In this document: positions 58,270 through 64,000 of the stretch, piece after piece
Position numbering within the stretch: position 1 is the first letter of the stretch
Layout: each line of letters opens with the position of its first letter
Origin: Selaginella moellendorffii
Taxonomy: Eukaryota; Plantae; Lycopodiophyta
Assembly (NCBI RefSeq): GCF_000143415.4
Contig: NW_003314281.1
Coordinates: 1 to 64,000, forward strand
DNA length: 64,000 nucleotides
Reading direction: 5' to 3'
The notes under the pieces: generated by a model
The model's database searches: none
Told to the model about the DNA's origin: nothing
What the model saw: the letters and a program-made list of their open reading frames with translations, nothing else
Program-made: the position numbers and the translations under genes

Positions 58270-59571
58270 ATGGTAGTGATGGAATTTTGCTCCGCTCAGG
58301 AGCTATGGATGATCGTGGTGGAGCGCGTGGGAAGGTGGGCTTGGATTGTGGCCGCCGCGGCGATGGTTCTCGTGCACAAGCGCCTGAGGAGGATCTCGCT
58401 AGGGCTTTCTCGCAGCAGCGATGGCGCTCTCAGCGTGGAGCTCAAGGCTCCACCGCCCTCGTCGGCGTGTTGCGAGAGCAAGGAGGATTTGGATGCTGCG
58501 ATTCCGGATTCATTCGCGGCGGGGAGAGATTTTGCGGAAGATGTTCCAGTGGCTGCTCGCCCGGTGAGGGAATGGAGCCCGCTGGAGAGATTGGGGGAGG
58601 GGAATTTCGTGTGCAAGGGCGTGGAGCTCGATCGCGCAGCAGAGTGGCCATGGGAGGAAGGAGAGGAAGAGGGGGCTTCCTGGAGCTTCAAGGTTCCGGA
58701 ATGGGCGAATTCTCTGCTCCAGCCGCTAATGCCAAGCGAAGAGGATTGGTACCGGCAATCGGGCAAGGAATGGGATGCTCTTCGCGGCGAGCTAGATCCA
58801 GAATGGAAGCGCGCAGTGAAATCTATGCTGGGTGATCATCGCGGCAAGGCGAGGACAATCGTGGCCAAAGGGCCGCATTACCTCGCCAAGGCCAAGAACG
58901 AGGTGGTGAAGCTATGGGGGAGCTCCAAGCAAAAGATCTTGGAGAACTGGTACCTCCCGGAGGAGCAAGGATTCGTGACGGCGCTGGGCGTGAGCGATGG
59001 CCACTTCTTGGACGCGGTGGCCGCGGGATCCAGCGATGGCTACTTGAGCATCTGGGATGTGGCCACGGGCGAATGCGCGAGGAGCTTCTCCGCGTCCAAG
59101 CTCTCGATCCAGGGCGTGGCGATGGGCGCTGGAATCGGCGGTGGATTGGGCGGGATCTACTGTTCCCCTGCCGCGGTTGCGTTCTGGGACGCGCGATCGA
59201 TGAAGAAGGGGGTGGATTGCTTCGATTCTTTTGCCGTGGATTCTTTCTCCGCGGCGCACGATCACGCGCGCTTCGCCGGAATTCAATCCATCGGCGCGCA
59301 CGAGTTTGTCGTGCGAGGCGTGCGTGGCGAGGAGGCGGCGTTTGACGTGAGAATGGCGGCGCGGTCGTCGCGCGGATTGCCACTCCCGGCTGCCGAGCGC
59401 GAGGAGGAGGAGGAGGAGGAGGAGGTGTGGTGGGACGCGATCCAAGATCAAGAGGGACTAGAGGAGGAAGAGGAGGATAGCGATGGCGATGAAGAAATTG
59501 AGGCCCACATTTCTTCCTCGTCTGGCAAAGGATTCTTCTCAAAGTGCGTCGCACTTTTCACCCCTGTATAA
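58270..59571 (+). CDS. Intronless protein with an N-terminal hydrophobic segment, WD40-like repeats and an acidic tail
   Basis: WAWIVAAAAMVLV, VAAGSSDGYLSIWDVATGEC..SF, VAFWDAR, AAFDVR, poly-Glu. GC-rich coding composition. Confidence 0.7.
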   Translation: MVVMEFCSAQELWMIVVERVGRWAWIVAAAAMVLVHKRLRRISLGLSRSSDGALSVELKAPPPSSACCESKEDLDAAIPDSFAAGRDFAEDVPVAARPVREWSPLERLGEGNFVCKGVELDRAAEWPWEEGEEEGASWSFKVPEWANSLLQPLMPSEEDWYRQSGKEWDALRGELDPEWKRAVKSMLGDHRGKARTIVAKGPHYLAKAKNEVVKLWGSSKQKILENWYLPEEQGFVTALGVSDGHFLDAVAAGSSDGYLSIWDVATGECARSFSASKLSIQGVAMGAGIGGGLGGIYCSPAAVAFWDARSMKKGVDCFDSFAVDSFSAAHDHARFAGIQSIGAHEFVVRGVRGEEAAFDVRMAARSSRGLPLPAAEREEEEEEEEVWWDAIQDQEGLEEEEEDSDGDEEIEAHISSSSGKGFFSKCVALFTPV

Positions 59572-59685
59572 ACAATTTACCACTTCTAGGAGCCCTAGAA
59601 GAATATTCCAACTTTACCCTGTTTCAGTAGCCCTAGTTTTGACGCTCTCGAATATTCGCCTTTGTAAGTATATTCGCGACTGAAT

Positions 59686-60928
59686 GGGCTAAGGTTAGTG
59701 ACAGGTCGAGCCCTAACCAAGTGCTGATGTGGCAATTGGGCGAGCAAGGGTTCTTAGTTGGAGAGGGAGGATGGGAAGAGAAAAGTGATAGGCACTAGAT
59801 GTGAGTGTTTTGTAGTGATTTCTAGTGGTTCAAAGATGGATCTCTCTTGGGTCTTTTGCTTGTGTCCATGAATGGAGAGTTGGTCCCTGTTTTGGTGGAG
59901 ATGAGGGGCAGCTTGTTGAATGCTTTCATGAGTAGTGTGTGGCTATCCATTCTTGGACCATTTGTGGAAAACTGATGATTGCTAAATTGAGTATCATAAG
60001 TAACTGCTAATTTGAGCAATGTAAACAGAGCTTGTTTTGTGTGGCATCGAAGACTTTTAATGAAAATGCTAAGGGCATTGCTGGAAAGTGATGTAGCAAA
60101 TCGAGGCAAAACGACTGATTTTTTAGGCATAGCAAGTCAGCTAATTTGAACACTGATTTTTTAGGCATGGCAAGTGAGCCAAATACAAAAGCTATTTGAA
60201 CACCTGATGTGTGCGTGTGAGAGGAAGTTTATTGTGGCTAGTGTGGCTAATGTTGTAGCATGCTAGCATTTCTTTTTTGAGAGAATGACAAGTAAATGCT
60301 GCTCAGTTGTAAAAAAAAATGAGGGAGAGAAAATCCCAAATGTTGTATTTACTAAGTAAATTGTCAAAGGGCTAGGGTGGGCAGGCTGTAGTGGCTTTGA
60401 AATCAACAAGCTATAGTATCAAAATTCTTTCAAGTTTATATAGAAGATTGCAAAGAGTTGCTTTTGATTCTGGTGGCTGATTATCTTGGCAAAATAAAAA
60501 TGAGTGTGAGTGATGTATTATAAGTGGATGTTAGCTTGGCTTGGAGTATGGAGGTTGAGGTTTGATCTGTAGATATGACACAAATGTGAAAATGTAAGAA
60601 GAGAAAATGGGTCTATACATCTTAATTTAAGAGGAAAGCATGTATAATATTTGTCTCCAGGTAGAGCATAGTACAGATTTGGTATTCTGTCTTGTGTGAG
60701 GACACACAAATTTTAACAGGGGAAAGACCGCTACAACCACTACCTGTAACAGGCTAAGGTGACACTAGTGACAATGGTGTTTAGTTTAGTCAAGCCCTAA
60801 CCAAATGCTGACGTGGCAAGTGGGCAGAAGATGGGAGGAGAAAAGCGATGGGCACTAGATGTGAGCATGAAGGGTTCTATTTTAGAGGTTGATATCTCTT
60901 GATTTCTCTGGTTTCTTTGCTTGTGTCC
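59686..60928. repeat. Diverged direct repeats (~59686-59868 and ~60752-60928) with AT-rich internal DNA, possibly a non-autonomous element
   Basis: Shared blocks GGCTAAGGT, AGCCCTAACCAA.TGCTGA.GTGGCAA.TGGGC, GAGAAAAG.GAT.GGCACTAGATGTGAG and TTTGCTTGTGTCC. Internal ~40-bp tandem duplication at 60114-60207. Confidence 0.6.
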
Positions 60929-61399
60929 TATTTGGTCACTATAGTGTGAATCGAAGAAGAATATTTTAGAATATTCGTCATAAAGCTTGAAGTATATTCT
61001 AGAATATGCGCCTATGCATATGCTCGAATATGCTCCTGTGTGGCTGACAAGTATATTCTCGAATATGCGTGTGAAATTAGTCCTCGGCGTTTAGGTCATG
61101 GGCTTGGCGCTAGTCCGTTAGACTGCGGCGAAGAGAAGAAGAATGGCGATGGCGGCGGCGGCATTTCGCGCTTGATCTCCTTCTCCTCCACCTCTCTCTC
61201 TCGCTCGCATTCTGCGCTCTTAGATTAGAAGAAATTTCTATTCCTTGGCGGCGGTGTTGACCGCGTCTAGGGTGTGATTTCTTGGCCCGGGATCTAGATT
61301 CCAGCGCCCAGATCTGCCCGCGCGGCAATGCAATCGGCTCGGATTTGGCGGTGAGGCTGGGAATTTCCGCGCAATTCGGGATCAGATCGGTCCGCCAAG

Positions 61400-63139
61400 A
61401 TGATGAATGTCAAGAGCTTGAATCACCGGCGGCACGAGGAGGACGCTCCATCGCCGCCCGAGGACTACTCGGCCAAGCCGTCCAAGCCATGGCCGCGGCC
61501 CGTGGATTACCTCATCCGCGAGCAGCGCCTCATGTTCGTGCTCCTGGGCATGGCGCTGGCCACCGCCTTCTTCATCGTGCAGCCGGGCTACTTCGGCAAT
61601 TCCGATCGTCCCTCCAGCGCGGCGCGCTTCTTCGATCGCGAGGCCGAGACTCGCATCGTGGTGAGGCCCCAGGTGTCCACTGTTCCGGCGGTGTTTAGCA
61701 CGGGCGCCAAGATCCCGTTGGGTCTCAGGAGGAAGCCATTGCGGGTGGTGGTGACCGGCGGGGCTGGATTCGTGGGCAGCCATCTGGTGGACAGGCTCAT
61801 GGCTCGCGGCGACAGTGTGATCGTGGTGGACAATTTCTTCACCGGGAGGAAGGAGAATGTGATCCACCACGTTGGAAATCCCAGGTTTGAGCTCATCCGG
61901 CACGACGTTGTGGAGCCACTGCTGCTGGAGGTGGACCAGATCTATCACCTTGCGTGCCCGGCTTCTCCAGTCCACTACAAGTATAACCCCGTGAAGACGA
62001 TCATATCCTTTCTTGGCAAGCTTTTCTTTTGCTTCTTGCTCTTGTTTGCTCTCTTTTGCTGCTTGCCCATGGTTTTTGTTTTTGGTGGTGTTGCTCGTCC
62101 TGCAAGTCGCTTGGTTTGTCCTTGACTTAGGCATTTACAAGACCAACGTGATGGGAACGCTTAACATGCTCGGGTTGGCCAAGCGTGTTGGTGCTCGTTT
62201 TCTCCTCACAAGTACCAGTGAAGTCTACGGAGATCCGATCGAGCACCCGCAGAAGGAGGACTATTGGGGTCACGTAAATCCCATTGGTAAGATCGATGTT
62301 TCGGTTCTGCGTTTTTCACTTGTTCTTCGTAAGTAGTGACTTCTAACTTGGTTTTGGTACTTGCGTTATTGATGTAGGTGTTCGGAGTTGCTATGATGAA
62401 GGCAAGCGTGTTGCTGAGACGCTGACCATGGATTATCACAGGGGTGATAGTGTCCATGTAAGATATAACTAAGCATGATCTTTTTTGTTTGTGGTGAGAT
62501 TACAACTTGCGCAATCACTGATGATCAGGTGAGGATTGCCCGGATTTTCAATACTTATGGTCCACGAATGTGCATTGATGACGGCCGCGTAGTGAGTAAT
62601 TTTGTTGCACAGGTAAGAAGGCTCTTTATGCTCGTACCTTGTAATTCACAACAGCTGTTGGACTTAGGCTCTACGTAAGGAGGCCATGACTGTTTACGGG
62701 GATGGAAAGCAAACTCGGAGCTTTCAATATGTGTCAGATCTGGTACCTTGCGTTGTTTTCCTTCGACCGAAGCTTACACGTTTACCATGCAGGTTGAAGG
62801 GCTTATCAGGCTAATGGAAGGCGAGCACATCGGACCCTTCAACCTTGGCAATCCCGGAGAGTTCACCATGTTGGAACTCGCACAGGTACGTCCAAATTCC
62901 CACGCCGTCGTTTGCAATCGAAAGCCATGCCACAGGTGGTACGAGAGACGATTGATCCGGAGGCAAAGATAGAGTTCCGGAACAACACGGAGGACGATCC
63001 ACACAAGAGGAAGCCGGACATCACCAAAGCCAAGAAACTCCTTGGCTGGAAGCCCAAGATCTCCCTGAGGGAAGGGCTGCCTCTCATGGTGGAGGACTTT
63101 AGGCGGCGAGTGTTTGACAATGGTGAGAACTCGAGGTAA
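61400..63139 (+). CDS. UXS: UDP-glucuronic acid decarboxylase (UDP-xylose synthase), membrane-anchored type, 7 exons
   Basis: Exons 61400-62002, 62139-62286, 62378-62457, 62529-62612, 62668-62742, 62793-62885 and 62936-63139. TM anchor, [48 protein letters not shown]. Confidence 0.96.
62003..62138 (+). other. U12-type AT-AC intron
   Basis: ATATCCTTT 5' site, TCCTTGAC branch site 62119-62126, TTTAC 3' end. Removal gives PVKTI|KTNVMGT. Confidence 0.93.
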
Positions 63140-64000
63140 AAGAGGCCACGGTTTTTGGAACAGGAGAGGAGAGGAGATGAGGTCCAGATAGAACAAGGCA
63201 GGCTTGCACAGTCGTATTGGCTGTCCTGTACACCTATCGAGCCACAGGAGAGAAAAAACTAGAAAAGAAAGAGGCAACGCGGAATGGCGGTGAAAGTTTC
63301 CAGCTTCTCGGCAGCTTGTTTTCATGGTGATATTTTCAATCTAGGAGAGAATAAAGTTTGTTGTTATGATTCTTAGCCAGTAACAGCGATGGTGGTGGTG
63401 GTTGTGGTGTTTCACTAGGAATTTGCCGGAAGAACAGCGAGCTTCCTGTGGTTTTGGAGGTACTCTATGATTTTGTCTATGATCTTTGGACTGACAGCCA
63501 TGACCTACAGTGGAAGTTTGACGCTCTCTTTTCGTACAGTCGGTATCAAAGTGCGTTAAAAATGTTTGTCTTTCATGTGTGCGTGCGTGCACGATGTGAT
63601 TGTTTTGTCTCTTATTTTTTTCGTTTTGCTTTTGGGGTTCTTCCGATGACTAGAGACAAGGTAGTGTCTGCGTTGTTTTGTAATTTTTTTACTTTGGATC
63701 TAGCATCAGCGTCGTGTGTGCAAGATTTTGACACCCAGCGAGGAGCGACCCATTCATAAATTCTAGATTGTGATTTAAAAGGTCGAGAAGATGTATATGG
63801 TAAAGGAAAATTTTCAGAGGTGAAATCGAGTGGAATTTTTTCAGCTGTGACATCCTTCTACTCGGACACCGGTTGCATCAGGAGCGAGAGCAATTAAATC
63901 GTTGTTCCTTCAGAATTTCAGAGCCGACTCCAATCGTTAAATTCTTTGCAATGAGCTTTGTTGGTGCTCGTCGTAAAAAGCAAAAGGTCTAAAGCTCGCT

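Overview
Compact land-plant nuclear DNA. Short introns, intronless PLS-class PPR genes and very short intergenic gaps suggest a lycophyte such as Selaginella (inference, not verified). Bases 1-33 kb hold a cluster of four Pollen Ole e 1/proline-rich wall-protein genes, interrupted by nested Ty3/gypsy LTR retrotransposons of three families. Family A is a non-chromovirus with 175-bp LTRs and a tRNA-Ala-like PBS. Family B is a chromovirus with 1.15-kb LTRs and a tRNA-iMet PBS. Family C is a Tf1/Tcn1-like element with a self-priming PBS and a -1 frameshift signal. Bases 33-64 kb are gene-dense: PPR genes, GGCT2/ChaC, TMEM184/OST-alpha, NOG1, an extensin/ferritin-like fusion, proteasome beta5, F-box and Crinkler-like pseudogenes, a WD40-like orphan, and UXS with a U12 AT-AC intron. 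The top finding is that family B carries spliceosomal-looking introns inside integrase, present in two copies. It also has a candidate 5' intron whose removal would delete the U5 end and the PBS. Spliced mRNA could then not be reverse-transcribed, which would explain how a retroelement keeps its introns.
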